The translations under genes were made by a program, and so were the position numbers. Under the pieces are notes generated by a model. The model saw nothing but the letters and a program-made list of their open reading frames with translations. It was not told where the DNA came from and made no database searches. From the NCBI GenBank assembly GCA_029559475.1, contig JAKQBN010000030.1:10756-74755 (forward strand): DNA of 64,000 bases. Direction: 5' to 3'. How positions within the stretch are numbered: position 1 is the stretch's first letter; each line of letters begins with the position of its first letter. The stretch comes from a bacterium. Lineage in GTDB: Bacteria; UBA4055. Below are positions 8,418 through 18,867 of this stretch, piece by piece.

Positions 8418-10795
8418 TTTCCGTAAACAGTCTTCGCTTCGTTACCTTCAAGCACCAAAAGTTTGCCTGCAGGTATTTCAGGTGAAACGGCGTCAGTAAT
8501 AATCTTCTTAAACTGTTTACTGTCTTTGCACCTGTTATAAATTTCGTTTATCGAATCGTTCCTAATGTAGTTATAAACAATGTGTTTACCTGTCTTGTTC
8601 TCATCGGCTACGAATACATCTTTTTCGAGCATTGACAGAAATTCAGTTTCGCAGAAGGCAGGGATGAGGACAACATTCTCGCCGTTAAGTTTGTTTTTCA
8701 GAACCATTTCAACCTCCATTTTCTCGAACGGAAGAAGAAAAATACCGGGTTCGTTTGTCGAGAATTTTTTATAGAACTCATATTCATCTGCAAGCGGTTC
8801 AATTCGGGATATGCTCTTGTGGAACAATTCCTTATCCTCGAAATTATCACCCCAGCTCGATCCGAAATTCAAAAGCTTGGAAAGCTCTTTGTTGATCGTT
8901 CCGAAAACGGTCTCACCCGATATGATCTGTTTATCGATCCCGCACTGAAACAGATCCGCAGCAAGATGCTGTAAATTTCCCAGTGAATCAGTAAAAATAA
9001 AGACCTGTCTGCCTGAATCAATAGCGGATTTAATCTGATCATAAGGAACTGGCATAAATCCAAATCTCTGTTTTAATGATGAAGCTATTATGAAATCATA
9101 ATCGGAAATATCAGTGTCGGAACCTTTTAAAAGTCCTGAACTTTCTGAAGAATAGTAATTTAGATAAACTGTCTTATGGCTTGAATCCCTGAGTTCGACT
9201 ATCGATGACCCTGGAAGTGACCCGGACGAGAAGAATTTTATGTTTACCAGTCCTTTAAAATTATAACCTTTTCCCATCGGCGTTATCCTTATTACTCTTT
9301 CGTTCAGGTTGTCAACGTCCCTCCTGCTGAAATCCGCACAGCTGCTTGTTAGCGCAATACTGGGATTGTTAAGCTCTCTCATCCATTTTATCCTGGCGAT
9401 CTTAAAAGATATGTCAGAAGTAAAGAGCTTTGCGTTGGGATTTGCTGACATTATCTGCGGTATGACCCGTACCTGCTCGTCCAGCGCGTTCGTCATTATT
9501 ACTATGTCAATATCGCTGCCGTCGTATTCGTATTCCGGATCTATAAGTATCTTCACGCCTGTAATATCCGTAAACAGTGAAGTTTTTTTATCTTCAGTTC
9601 TCAGACCTGTTAGTTTCATGTAATTGTTTTCTTCAGACAATTCGATCCTGTTCCTTATCCTGTCAAGTCTGTCAATTATCATCTTTCTAATGTCGCCGCT
9701 GTATTCGACGAACTCAAGTTCAAACATCATTGTGCCGAGTTTTGCCTGATTCTGAAAATAAGGCTCTACCGCTCTTGAAAGATCTTTGTTCCCTGTGTAG
9801 AAGATCAGATATTTTCCTGTTATCTTTTCAAATATAAGATACTTTACAGAGAAGTTCTCGTTCAGAAGTGAGTTCTGTAGCTTGAACTGAGTTAGAGCCG
9901 TATCTATTTTCTCCCTTACGAAGATGTAATTCTGGTAAAAACTGTTCAGATAGCTTATGGTCTTGCCGTCTTCAGGCACTAATACAATATCGAAATTATC
10001 GAAAACATATTCCTTGATCTCATTGAATACTTTCAGGAGGTTCTTGTAGAATTTACCGTAATTCGTATCTGGTTCTGAAATAAAATTGACAATATAACCT
10101 GTTCCCGGTTTAAAATTTACATCTAGGATCCTTTCTGCCACGGATAAAGTCGGCTGCTTGCTTTCAAAAACGATCTTATTGAAGATATTCTCGTTTTTTC
10201 TTACGTATTCAAGGATTATTTCGAGTATTTCCTGCGGTGATTTACCCGTTTTTCTGACGGTATAGTTTCTCTGAGGCTGAGATTTAACTTCCTGAGGCTG
10301 CGGAACTTTCTCTTTTTCTTCATCATCTAGATATTCTTGCCGAACAGCTATGCTTATATGGGCCTTCAGTTCCGCTTTGAGTTCGTTAAGCCTCTGATCT
10401 TTTTCCTCACGGATGTTTTTTATTTCCTCAAGAACGTTTTCGGTTATCTCTAAATTCTCCGAACAAATAATTCTGTCTATGCAGTCGACGTCTTTATAAA
10501 GTGAGACCATCTCGGAAATACCGTTATAACCTGATGCGAATTCGACACATTCATAACCTGAATAATTTTCATCATAACTGATAATGCTGCTTTTTGATTC
10601 TGCAATTGATTTCTTAGCGTTTTCAAGAAGAGACATGTTCATTTCTTTAATTTCATCGGGCATTCCGTCAAAATCGAGAGAATTCATATAACTTATTGTT
10701 TTTTTACTTTTTTTGATCCTTTCTACAGAATCAGTATTGATCCTGATGCCTTTCGTCAGCTCTCTTATAATTTCTTTCATTTTTTTAGTCTCCAT
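8414..10795 (-). CDS. large hypothetical protein (793 aa), no recognisable catalytic motif
   Basis: This is a long uninterrupted ORF with coiled-coil-like charged stretches and an acidic linker. Its stop overlaps the queE start in an ATGA-type overlap. Confidence 0.5.
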   Translation of the reverse strand: METKKMKEIIRELTKGIRINTDSVERIKKSKKTISYMNSLDFDGMPDEIKEMNMSLLENAKKSIAESKSSIISYDENYSGYECVEFASGYNGISEMVSLYKDVDCIDRIICSENLEITENVLEEIKNIREEKDQRLNELKAELKAHISIAVRQEYLDDEEKEKVPQPQEVKSQPQRNYTVRKTGKSPQEILEIILEYVRKNENIFNKIVFESKQPTLSVAERILDVNFKPGTGYIVNFISEPDTNYGKFYKNLLKVFNEIKEYVFDNFDIVLVPEDGKTISYLNSFYQNYIFVREKIDTALTQFKLQNSLLNENFSVKYLIFEKITGKYLIFYTGNKDLSRAVEPYFQNQAKLGTMMFELEFVEYSGDIRKMIIDRLDRIRNRIELSEENNYMKLTGLRTEDKKTSLFTDITGVKILIDPEYEYDGSDIDIVIMTNALDEQVRVIPQIMSANPNAKLFTSDISFKIARIKWMRELNNPSIALTSSCADFSRRDVDNLNERVIRITPMGKGYNFKGLVNIKFFSSGSLPGSSIVELRDSSHKTVYLNYYSSESSGLLKGSDTDISDYDFIIASSLKQRFGFMPVPYDQIKSAIDSGRQVFIFTDSLGNLQHLAADLFQCGIDKQIISGETVFGTINKELSKLLNFGSSWGDNFEDKELFHKSISRIEPLADEYEFYKKFSTNEPGIFLLPFEKMEVEMVLKNKLNGENVVLIPAFCETEFLSMLEKDVFVADENKTGKHIVYNYIRNDSINEIYNRCKDSKQFKKIITDAVSPEIPAGKLLVLEGNEAKTVYGK

Positions 10796-10912
10796 AAATA
10801 TTTACAGAATATTGAATATATGATTTAAGATTAATAAAATCAAGCGTCTGTTGTTAATCTTTATTAATTATCGGTTTGCCGTTGGACTGCATTTGATTTA
10901 TATTTCCGGTCT

Positions 10913-12007
10913 ATGAAAGATCTTAGCAGTAAATATATGGAAATTGCGATAAAACTTGCCTTAAAAGGAGCAGGAAAAGTAAGTCCCAACCCCATGGTCG
11001 GAGCTGTTATCGTAAAGAACGGCGTGATCATCGGAAAAGGCTATCATAAAGCCTATGGTCAGAACCACGCTGAAGTCAACGCTTTCGAATCCTGCGTAAC
11101 CGATCCTGCAGGCGCCGATATGTACGTTACACTGGAACCGTGCTGCCATTTCGGTAAAACTCCGCCCTGCACCGGCAGAATTATCAGGGAAAAAATTAAA
11201 AGGGTTTTTATAGGTTCGGGCGATCCCTCTCCTCATGCGGCTGGAAAAGGAATTGTTCAGCTGAAGAACGCCGGAATAGAAGTAGTTACCGGGGTATGCG
11301 AAAAGGAATGCACTATCCTGAATGCCGCTTTTTTAAAATTCGCAACAAAGAAAACTCCGCTGATCGTTATCAAAGCAGCGGTTTCAGCGGACGGATGCAT
11401 GGCGGCAGATTCTGGCGATTCCAAATGGATCACGAATGAAAAAAGCCGTAAATATTCTCACAGGCTTCGCAGTTTTTATGACGCTGTCCTTGTCGGAAAG
11501 AACACCGTAATTAACGATGATCCCGAACTGACAGTAAGACATGTGAAAGGTAGAAATCCGGTAAGAATTGTTCTTGACAGCAGGCTTGAGATACCTTCAT
11601 CTGAAAAAGTGTTCGACGGCACATCAGAAACGATCGTTATCTCCTCAAATTCTGCTGATAACAAAACGGCTGAAACCTTTTTGAAAGACAGAGGTATAAC
11701 TGTATTAAAGGTAGATATGAAAGACGGCTTTCTGGATTTGAAAACTGCTTTTATGCTGCTCGGAGAAAGAAAAATAACATCGGTAATGGCTGAAGGTGGA
11801 GGCACTATTCACAGCTATCTCTTAAATAACAGGATTGCTGACAGACTGAATCTTTTTACTGCTCCGGTTCTTATTGGAAGCGGTAAAAGATTTTTTTCAG
11901 GATCTGATTTCAGCTCCGTTGACAGTTCAATATGGCTTGATATAATTGATATCAAACATTTTGGAGACGATATTTTCACCGATGCTTTCTTGAGGTACAG
12001 GGATTGA
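10913..12007 (+). CDS. ribD: bifunctional riboflavin biosynthesis protein RibD (deaminase/reductase)
   Basis: The cytidine-deaminase zinc motifs HAEVNAFE and PCxxC (TLEPCCHFGKTPPC) are present, plus a C-terminal RibD reductase domain. Confidence 0.9.
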   Translation: MKDLSSKYMEIAIKLALKGAGKVSPNPMVGAVIVKNGVIIGKGYHKAYGQNHAEVNAFESCVTDPAGADMYVTLEPCCHFGKTPPCTGRIIREKIKRVFIGSGDPSPHAAGKGIVQLKNAGIEVVTGVCEKECTILNAAFLKFATKKTPLIVIKAAVSADGCMAADSGDSKWITNEKSRKYSHRLRSFYDAVLVGKNTVINDDPELTVRHVKGRNPVRIVLDSRLEIPSSEKVFDGTSETIVISSNSADNKTAETFLKDRGITVLKVDMKDGFLDLKTAFMLLGERKITSVMAEGGGTIHSYLLNNRIADRLNLFTAPVLIGSGKRFFSGSDFSSVDSSIWLDIIDIKHFGDDIFTDAFLRYRD

Positions 12008-13389
12008 AAATTACAAAAGAAACGAATTTTCTTCTTGCCTCCGATTTTTTTACGATCGGGCTTTCAACTGTGATCCTTTTTATAATAAAATTCAAATCGG
12101 CTTATTTTAAAACTTACACAGAACATTCATATTACGAACTTATCATAATAATACCGATACTTCTTCTTTTCTGGCTGGTGATCTTTCATATAAAGGACCT
12201 CTACAAATCCTTCTATTTCAGAAGCGCGATCGAAATCGCTTTAAGCAGCGTTTCGGGACTGACATTAGGCATTGTTATACTCTATGTAATTACAACGATG
12301 AATTTTCACGAATTTTCGGGAAAAGGTCTTCTCATTTATTATTTACTTCTTCTATTTTTCGTAGTATCAGGAAGGGTTGTCTTCAAGATAGTACTAAATC
12401 ATTTTCTGAAAAAAGGGGTAGGACTCCGCAACGCGCTGATAATAGGCTATAATAAATCCTCAAAAAAGATTATCAGGGAGTATCAGAAAGGCCGGCTTCT
12501 CGGACTGAACATCCTGGGATTCATCGACGACGGTAAGAACAATCCCGAATATCAGGGATTTAAGACCTTAGGCGATCTTGATGTGTTTGAAAATATAATC
12601 AAAGAAAATCATGTGCGTGAGATAATTATCTCTGTCGAAGTAAAAGATCCTTTCCTGATAAATACGATAATTTTAAAGTCAAAGGATCATAACGTCTATT
12701 ATAAGGTCGTACCGTCGCTGGAGGACATTATAAGCGGTAATGTAAGGACATACGAACTTTTCGGGTATAAGCTCCTCGAACTTTTCCCGGACATTTTGTC
12801 ACCTTTCCAGAGAGCATTAAAAAGGGCTTTCGACATTATAGTATCTCTCGTTCTTTTAGTACTGACTTTACCCATAATGCTGATCTCTGCAATTATTATT
12901 AAATTGGATTCCAAAGGCAGTATCATCTATACGCAAGACAGAGTAGGGAAGGATTTTAAGGAGTTCACTCTTTATAAATTCAGATCTATGATGGAGAACG
13001 CTGAAGCAGAAACAGGCGCGGTCTGGGCAATAAAAGGAGATACAAGAATTACGAAATATGGTAATTTTATGAGAAAAACCCGTATAGACGAGCTTCCTCA
13101 GCTCATAAATGTTCTGATGGGTAATATGAGCTTCGTAGGACCAAGACCTGAGAGAAAAGTTTTCGTGGACAACTTTATTCAGGCAATACCTTATTACTAT
13201 AAAAGGCTTCATGTAAAGCCCGGTCTGACCGGCTGGGCGCAGGTTAAACATAAATATGACGAATCGTTCGATGACGTAAAGGAAAAACTTAAATACGACC
13301 TGTATTATATTGAGAATATTTCACTTAAGCTCGACTTTATTATATTGTTTTACACAGCTAAAGTCGTAATAAATTTTAAAGGACATTAA
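12004..13389 (+). CDS. exopolysaccharide/undecaprenyl-phosphate sugar phosphotransferase (bacterial sugar transferase family)
   Basis: N-terminal transmembrane segments precede a conserved C-terminal sugar-transferase domain (KFRSM...ELPQLxNVLxGxMSxVGPRPE). The TTG start overlaps the ribD stop. Confidence 0.8.
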   Translation: MKITKETNFLLASDFFTIGLSTVILFIIKFKSAYFKTYTEHSYYELIIIIPILLLFWLVIFHIKDLYKSFYFRSAIEIALSSVSGLTLGIVILYVITTMNFHEFSGKGLLIYYLLLLFFVVSGRVVFKIVLNHFLKKGVGLRNALIIGYNKSSKKIIREYQKGRLLGLNILGFIDDGKNNPEYQGFKTLGDLDVFENIIKENHVREIIISVEVKDPFLINTIILKSKDHNVYYKVVPSLEDIISGNVRTYELFGYKLLELFPDILSPFQRALKRAFDIIVSLVLLVLTLPIMLISAIIIKLDSKGSIIYTQDRVGKDFKEFTLYKFRSMMENAEAETGAVWAIKGDTRITKYGNFMRKTRIDELPQLINVLMGNMSFVGPRPERKVFVDNFIQAIPYYYKRLHVKPGLTGWAQVKHKYDESFDDVKEKLKYDLYYIENISLKLDFIILFYTAKVVINFKGH

Positions 13390-13403
13390 TTCCGGAGTAA
13401 TAA

Positions 13404-15980
13404 ATGATGAAGAAATTCCTCACGATTTTAACCCTGATCTGCGCATTTTCTGTATTCGCCCAGAATGAAGAACTTATGAAAATGTACGAGAAGATCACGG
13501 GAAAAGATCTTAAAAAGGAACTTGAGACTTTGAAAAACAAACCTGTGCCCCAGAAGTTCGAAACAAAGACAGCAGAAGCCGATACGGTCAGTGTCCCTGA
13601 CGAAGAATTTTTCCATGAACCTGAAAAGGCTGACTCTCTGGAACAGAAAACATATTTTGAAAAATACGTTTCAGGTGAACTGATCGACCCGTACAAAACC
13701 GATCTGAAGCAGTTCCGGATAGATTTTTCTTCGGTCAGAACTAACCTGAATTATAACAGGCAGATCCCTGACGCCTATGAAGTAAATTCGGGTGATGTTT
13801 TCGCAATAGATATCTGGGGGGCGATGGAAAAAAATTACGTAATTGAAGTTAACAATGAAAATTTTATTATCATTCCGCAGATAGGAAAAGTTGATATTTC
13901 CGGAATGAATTATAAAGAAGCTAAAAATACTATCTCTTCAAAACTCGATAAGATCAACGGTATCAAATACAGCGTAAGAATAAGTGAAGTAAAACCTATA
14001 ACTGTTTTTGTCGTCGGGAACGTTCACAAACCCGGTGTTTATAATGTTTCGCCTTTTACAAGCATCGTGGAAGTTCTTGCAGTTGCGGGAGGGGTCACTC
14101 CTGAAGGTAGCTTAAGGAACGTCGGCCTTGTTTCTGAAAAAAGCGGTTCAAAATATATCGATCTATATTCTCTGATTTTCTTCGGGAAAAATCCGGTATC
14201 AGTTCTTGAATCCAATATGACGATATTCGTTCCTCTTATAGGAAAACAGGCTGCCGTAGCCGGGAACGTTAAAAGAGAAGGTATATTCGAGTGCCTGAAC
14301 GGTGACAAGCTCTCAGACATTCTGAAGATCGCGGGATCAACACCCTTTTCCGATACTTCGAGAATTGAGATCGAAAGGCTTGATAAAGAAGGAAGAAGCG
14401 AAGCTCTTTCAACTTCTTTAAAAGAAGACCCGAAGATCGCAGATGGTGACATAGTCAGGATATTCTCGACGCTAGTATTCAATTCGAAATATGTTTATCT
14501 GAAAGGAAATTTCAGGCACAACAAGAAAATACAGTTCACAGACGGCATGAAACTGGGTGATGTTATGACCGATAAAGAAGTTCTGTACGAAAATACAGAT
14601 CTAAATTATGCGAACGTAATTCGTAAAAACGGCCTCGGGAACAGGGATATTATGATAAATTTCTCCCCGTTAAGCGTAATCAACCGGCTCGGAGATCACG
14701 ACCTTGCTCTATTTCCGCGTGATACTGTTGAAGTATTCAGCCTTGACAGCGTATCATTTTTCCCGTCAGTTGAGATCACCGGTGAAATTAAAAAACCCGG
14801 CACATACAAATTCACAAAAGATATGAGCGTGTCCAACCTTCTGTCATTCTGCGGAGGACTGACCAGCGTTGGAGATATAAAAAATATCATAGTTATAAGA
14901 AGCAACGCCGAAAAGGGATTTGAATATTTTTCAGAAGTACAGGCCGACAGCTTTTTGCTTAAATCTGACGACAAAATACATGTGTTCGATTATACTGCAA
15001 AAAATCCTGTTCAGAAGGTTGGAATATGGGGTAATGTAAAAAACCAGGGTAACTATATACACTCTGACGGTATGAGCGCGTACGACCTTTTAAGCCTGTC
15101 AGGAGGCTTCAGAAACGATGCGATGACGGATTCTGTCGAAGTCGTTTCTGGTATAAATAAGAAAAACAGGATCCTGAAAACAAGCTGGTACAGCCTTAAA
15201 CAGCTTGACAATATATTGCTTGAACCTAATGATGTTGTTTTCGTGAGAAGAATAAGAGACTACGCGAAAGTGAATTTCGTCAAGATAATCGGAGAAGTAC
15301 AGTTTCCGGGGATGTATGCTTTAAGGGAAAATGAAGAACTTGCAGATCTTCTTGTCAGATGCGGCGGATTTACCAAAAACGCTCAGATAAAGTCAACTCA
15401 GATATTCAGAGATGAAGTTAAGAAAAAACAGGCCAGCAAGATAAAAGAACTGAGAGATGAATTAAACAACAAACTTCAGGTTCAGATGATCATGTCCGGA
15501 GATAAGGATCTTGCAGGCGCGCTGAATATTGCGAAATTCGATTCGGTTGAAGCTTCAGGAAGGGTGATCCTTGATATTGACGAAAAGGGAAACCACGAAG
15601 AATTCTTCTTCCAGGATAAAGATTCTATCTACGTCCCGCCGGTATCAAGAACGATAATCGTTATGGGTGAAGTATATCAGCAGACCGCTATCACCTTCAA
15701 CAGCAAAAAAACTGAGGTTAAATATTACCTAGACAAAGTCGGCGGTATAACGAGTACCGGAGACAGGGACAATATCTATGTGATTAAATCCAATGGAGAG
15801 CTCGTAAAAGAAAAAGGCTGGTTCGACAACATTATGTCGTACGATCTTGAGCCCGGGGACATGATCTATGTGCCTTACAACTACGACAGAATAGATTTCT
15901 TTCAGCTGACGAAGGATGTAACGACGATCCTGTATCAACTCAGCCTTTCTGCGGCCACAGTTTACCAGATGTCAAATTAA
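13404..15980 (+). CDS. polysaccharide biosynthesis/export protein (Wza-like, multiple SLBB domains)
   Basis: The 858-aa secreted protein carries repeated soluble-ligand-binding beta-grasp (SLBB)-like modules and lies downstream of the sugar transferase. Confidence 0.7.
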   Translation: MMKKFLTILTLICAFSVFAQNEELMKMYEKITGKDLKKELETLKNKPVPQKFETKTAEADTVSVPDEEFFHEPEKADSLEQKTYFEKYVSGELIDPYKTDLKQFRIDFSSVRTNLNYNRQIPDAYEVNSGDVFAIDIWGAMEKNYVIEVNNENFIIIPQIGKVDISGMNYKEAKNTISSKLDKINGIKYSVRISEVKPITVFVVGNVHKPGVYNVSPFTSIVEVLAVAGGVTPEGSLRNVGLVSEKSGSKYIDLYSLIFFGKNPVSVLESNMTIFVPLIGKQAAVAGNVKREGIFECLNGDKLSDILKIAGSTPFSDTSRIEIERLDKEGRSEALSTSLKEDPKIADGDIVRIFSTLVFNSKYVYLKGNFRHNKKIQFTDGMKLGDVMTDKEVLYENTDLNYANVIRKNGLGNRDIMINFSPLSVINRLGDHDLALFPRDTVEVFSLDSVSFFPSVEITGEIKKPGTYKFTKDMSVSNLLSFCGGLTSVGDIKNIIVIRSNAEKGFEYFSEVQADSFLLKSDDKIHVFDYTAKNPVQKVGIWGNVKNQGNYIHSDGMSAYDLLSLSGGFRNDAMTDSVEVVSGINKKNRILKTSWYSLKQLDNILLEPNDVVFVRRIRDYAKVNFVKIIGEVQFPGMYALRENEELADLLVRCGGFTKNAQIKSTQIFRDEVKKKQASKIKELRDELNNKLQVQMIMSGDKDLAGALNIAKFDSVEASGRVILDIDEKGNHEEFFFQDKDSIYVPPVSRTIIVMGEVYQQTAITFNSKKTEVKYYLDKVGGITSTGDRDNIYVIKSNGELVKEKGWFDNIMSYDLEPGDMIYVPYNYDRIDFFQLTKDVTTILYQLSLSAATVYQMSN

Positions 15981-15990
15981 ATCTGATATC

Positions 15991-16890
15991 ATGAGGCTTC
16001 TGAGCAGCATACTCGAGAATTATTATGACAGTCTTCTTTTTTATAAAGGCCTTAGCGGACTTACGCTTGAATCGTACAGCAACGACCTTAAGCGCTACAC
16101 GGTCTTTCTTGAAGAAAAAGGTATAAAATATCCTGATGACGTTAAAGCCGAGCATATACGCGAATTCATAACCGTTCTCAGGGATCTAGGTCTGATGATC
16201 TCTTCAGTTGTCAGAAATCTGTCATCAATACGGAATTTTCACAAATATATGGTGAATGAAGACGTTACGCAGAATAATCCTTCCCTTAACATCGATACTC
16301 CCAAAGAGCCTAAAACATATCCTGCCGTTATGACAGTTGACGAGATCGAAAAACTTTTTGCGGCAGTTGATACGGAATCTGATCTGGGTAAAAGGGACAG
16401 GGCGATGCTTGAAATGATGTACGCCTGCGGTTTAAGAATCTCAGAACTCTTGAATATTGAGTATAATTCTGTCATTTTTCCGGAAGGAATAGTCAGAGTT
16501 ATCGGCAAAAGAAATAAAGAAAGGATAGTCCCGATAGGAAGCAGCGCCCTTTCATTTCTGAAAACGTATCTTTCAGACATCAGACCGGGTCTCGCCTCGA
16601 AAGGAGCTTCCAGATCCTCTCTGTTCCTGAATTCGAGAGGAGGTAAAATGTCGAGAATGGGATTCTGGAAAATAGTCAGAAAATACGTTCAGGCGGCAAA
16701 TCTGTCAATTGACATTCATCCGCATACTTTCAGGCATTCTTTCGCGACCCACCTTCTTGAAGGCGGAGCGGACTTGAGATCCGTCCAGGAGATGCTAGGT
16801 CACGCTGACATAACGACAACTCAGATATACACTCACATTGACAGAGAGCATCTGAAGCAGGTTTACAGGCAGTTCCATCCGAGAGGCTGA
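15991..16890 (+). CDS. xerD: site-specific tyrosine recombinase XerD/XerC
   Basis: The R..HxxR..Y catalytic residues are present (HTFRHSFATHLL, TTQIYTHI). The 299-aa length is typical of Xer recombinases. Confidence 0.85.
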   Translation: MRLLSSILENYYDSLLFYKGLSGLTLESYSNDLKRYTVFLEEKGIKYPDDVKAEHIREFITVLRDLGLMISSVVRNLSSIRNFHKYMVNEDVTQNNPSLNIDTPKEPKTYPAVMTVDEIEKLFAAVDTESDLGKRDRAMLEMMYACGLRISELLNIEYNSVIFPEGIVRVIGKRNKERIVPIGSSALSFLKTYLSDIRPGLASKGASRSSLFLNSRGGKMSRMGFWKIVRKYVQAANLSIDIHPHTFRHSFATHLLEGGADLRSVQEMLGHADITTTQIYTHIDREHLKQVYRQFHPRG

Positions 16891-16964
16891 TTTTTATCTT
16901 AATATTCTTGAATATAACTGATTATTAATTTATATTTATAACTGCTGAATTAAACAGGTAAATT

Positions 16965-18188
16965 ATGCGCCGGTCGTTCGAATTATTCATAGCCCTCAGA
17001 TATCTTCAAAGCAAGAGAAAGACCGCTTTCATTTCCACGATAACCTATATCTCTTTTATCGGCATAACGCTCGGAGTCGCAGTCCTTGCTATTGTGATGT
17101 CCGTTATGAACGGCTTTGAGTCGGAAGTCAGAACTAGATTCATATCGAACGATTCTCACATCCGCATCCGCTCATTCAATGACAGGCCTTTTCTTTATGA
17201 TGACGATCTGAGGAACCTTCTTCTTTCCGATTCTATGATAAAAGGGCATTCGCCTTTTATAGAATCCTACGGAATGATCAAAGGCGATTATACCGAAGGT
17301 TCTCTTGTAAGAGGAATAGACATGAGCACAGTTCAGTCCGTCTCTCTATTAAAAGGTCAGATCGTAGCAGGAAAACTCGGATTCGATACAACTCAAACCG
17401 GCCTTCCCGGCATAATCCTCGGAAAAGGAATGGCGGATAAGACAGCTTCGATCATCGGAAGCGAACTTTTTATAATTTCACCAGCCATCAGCAGCACGCT
17501 TTCGCAGCCGCCCGTGATGAAATTCGAAGTGACAGGGATTTTCGAGACAGGCCTGGCAGAAATTGACGGCAGTCTTTCTTATATTTCTCTTGAATCAGCC
17601 CAAAAGATATTCAAGATGCCTGAAATGGTGAACGGAGTTTATGTCGATCTTTCTTCGATCAGACATACAGACAGAATGAAGGAAATTCTGAATTCAGAAC
17701 TTGAATATCCTAAAAATGCGGTATCATGGAAAGACATGCATAAGAACCTTTACGCGTGGATGGAGATCGAAAAAATGATGATGGGCACAATATTGAGCCT
17801 TATAATAATTATAGCCGCTTTCAATGTGCTGTCGAGCCTTATCATGATCGTTATGGAAAAGAAACAGGAGATAGGCATCCTGATGGCTATGGGCGCTACA
17901 AAATCCGTTATCATGAGGATATTCATGCTTCAGGGAATGATAATAGGAGTTGCCGGCACCGTTCTGGGTCTGATCATCGGTTCGGCAGTATGCCTGATCC
18001 AGCTCAAATACAAAATAGTTTCACTTCCGGGCGAGATCTATTTCATAAACGCTATGCCGATAAAAATGCTTATGAGAGATTATATCATCATCGGCGCAGT
18101 ATCTCTTCTGTTAACATTTTTATCTACAATTTATCCATCAAGACAGGCGGGCAGAATGCTTCCCGCGCAGATAATAAGGGACGAATAA
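16965..18188 (+). CDS. lolE: lipoprotein-releasing ABC transporter permease LolC/LolE (FtsX-like)
   Basis: The N-terminal LolC/E signature MRRSFELFIALRYL is followed by four transmembrane segments and a large periplasmic loop. lolD follows directly. Confidence 0.8.
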   Translation: MRRSFELFIALRYLQSKRKTAFISTITYISFIGITLGVAVLAIVMSVMNGFESEVRTRFISNDSHIRIRSFNDRPFLYDDDLRNLLLSDSMIKGHSPFIESYGMIKGDYTEGSLVRGIDMSTVQSVSLLKGQIVAGKLGFDTTQTGLPGIILGKGMADKTASIIGSELFIISPAISSTLSQPPVMKFEVTGIFETGLAEIDGSLSYISLESAQKIFKMPEMVNGVYVDLSSIRHTDRMKEILNSELEYPKNAVSWKDMHKNLYAWMEIEKMMMGTILSLIIIIAAFNVLSSLIMIVMEKKQEIGILMAMGATKSVIMRIFMLQGMIIGVAGTVLGLIIGSAVCLIQLKYKIVSLPGEIYFINAMPIKMLMRDYIIIGAVSLLLTFLSTIYPSRQAGRMLPAQIIRDE

Positions 18189-18203
18189 ATCAAAGAGAAA
18201 ATT

Positions 18204-18866
18204 ATGCTTGTGAACGTAAAAGGACTTTATAAACGATATCTGATTGGCAAAAAAGAAATACCTGTGCTGAAAGGCATAGATTTCTCAATAGAGACAGGCG
18301 AAATCGTTGCTGTTATGGGAAAAAGCGGAGCCGGTAAATCGACTCTGTTAAACCTTATAGGAACGCTTGATAAACCGGACAGCGGAGTTATCGAGTTCAA
18401 AGGTGAGAATATTTTAAAATATGATGACAGGAAACTCGCGCGTTTCAGGAACGAAAATCTGGGATTCGTTTTTCAGTTCCATTATCTTCTTCCCGAATTT
18501 ACCGCGATCGAGAACATTATGCTTCCCGGACTGATAAGAGGAGAAGACCGGTCGGCTTTATTAAAAAAAGCTGAAGAGCTCCTTGAATCGATAGGGCTTT
18601 CTGACAGAAAGCTGCATAAAAGCGCTGAGCTCTCAGGCGGAGAGCAGCAGAGGATAGCTTTCGCAAGAGCTATCATTAATAAACCTTCACTGATACTGGC
18701 AGACGAACCTTCAGGCAACCTTGACAATCAATCTTCAGAAATGCTTCATGAGATTATGTGGAACCTTGCTAGGGAGAACAAAACCGCTTTCATTGTAGTT
18801 ACTCACGACAAAAATCTCGCCGATAAAGCTGACAGAATAGTAAATATCGTTGACGGAGTGATCTGA
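18204..18866 (+). CDS. lolD: lipoprotein-releasing ABC transporter ATP-binding protein LolD
   Basis: Walker A (GKSGAGKST), the ABC signature (LSGGEQQR) and Walker B (ILADEPSGNLD) are all present. Confidence 0.85.
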   Translation: MLVNVKGLYKRYLIGKKEIPVLKGIDFSIETGEIVAVMGKSGAGKSTLLNLIGTLDKPDSGVIEFKGENILKYDDRKLARFRNENLGFVFQFHYLLPEFTAIENIMLPGLIRGEDRSALLKKAEELLESIGLSDRKLHKSAELSGGEQQRIAFARAIINKPSLILADEPSGNLDNQSSEMLHEIMWNLARENKTAFIVVTHDKNLADKADRIVNIVDGVI

Positions 18867-18867
18867 A

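Noticed and set aside
10796-10912. FMN riboswitch (RFN element) upstream of ribD
   Set aside because: The 117-nt intergenic region lacks the conserved RFN core motifs and is too short for the aptamer plus expression platform.
15991-16890. XerD as the integrase of a mobile element
   Set aside because: It has the standard chromosomal Xer size and motifs. No flanking repeats, att-like tRNA or cargo structure was found, and it sits between housekeeping genes.
17756-18232. Numerous overlapping or antisense ORFs in the six-frame track (for example 17756-18232, 3067-3336, 4834-5193, 30930-31367)
   Set aside because: They lie within or antisense to strongly supported genes, have low-complexity or Arg/His-rich translations, and lack ribosome-binding sites. 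They are treated as spurious.
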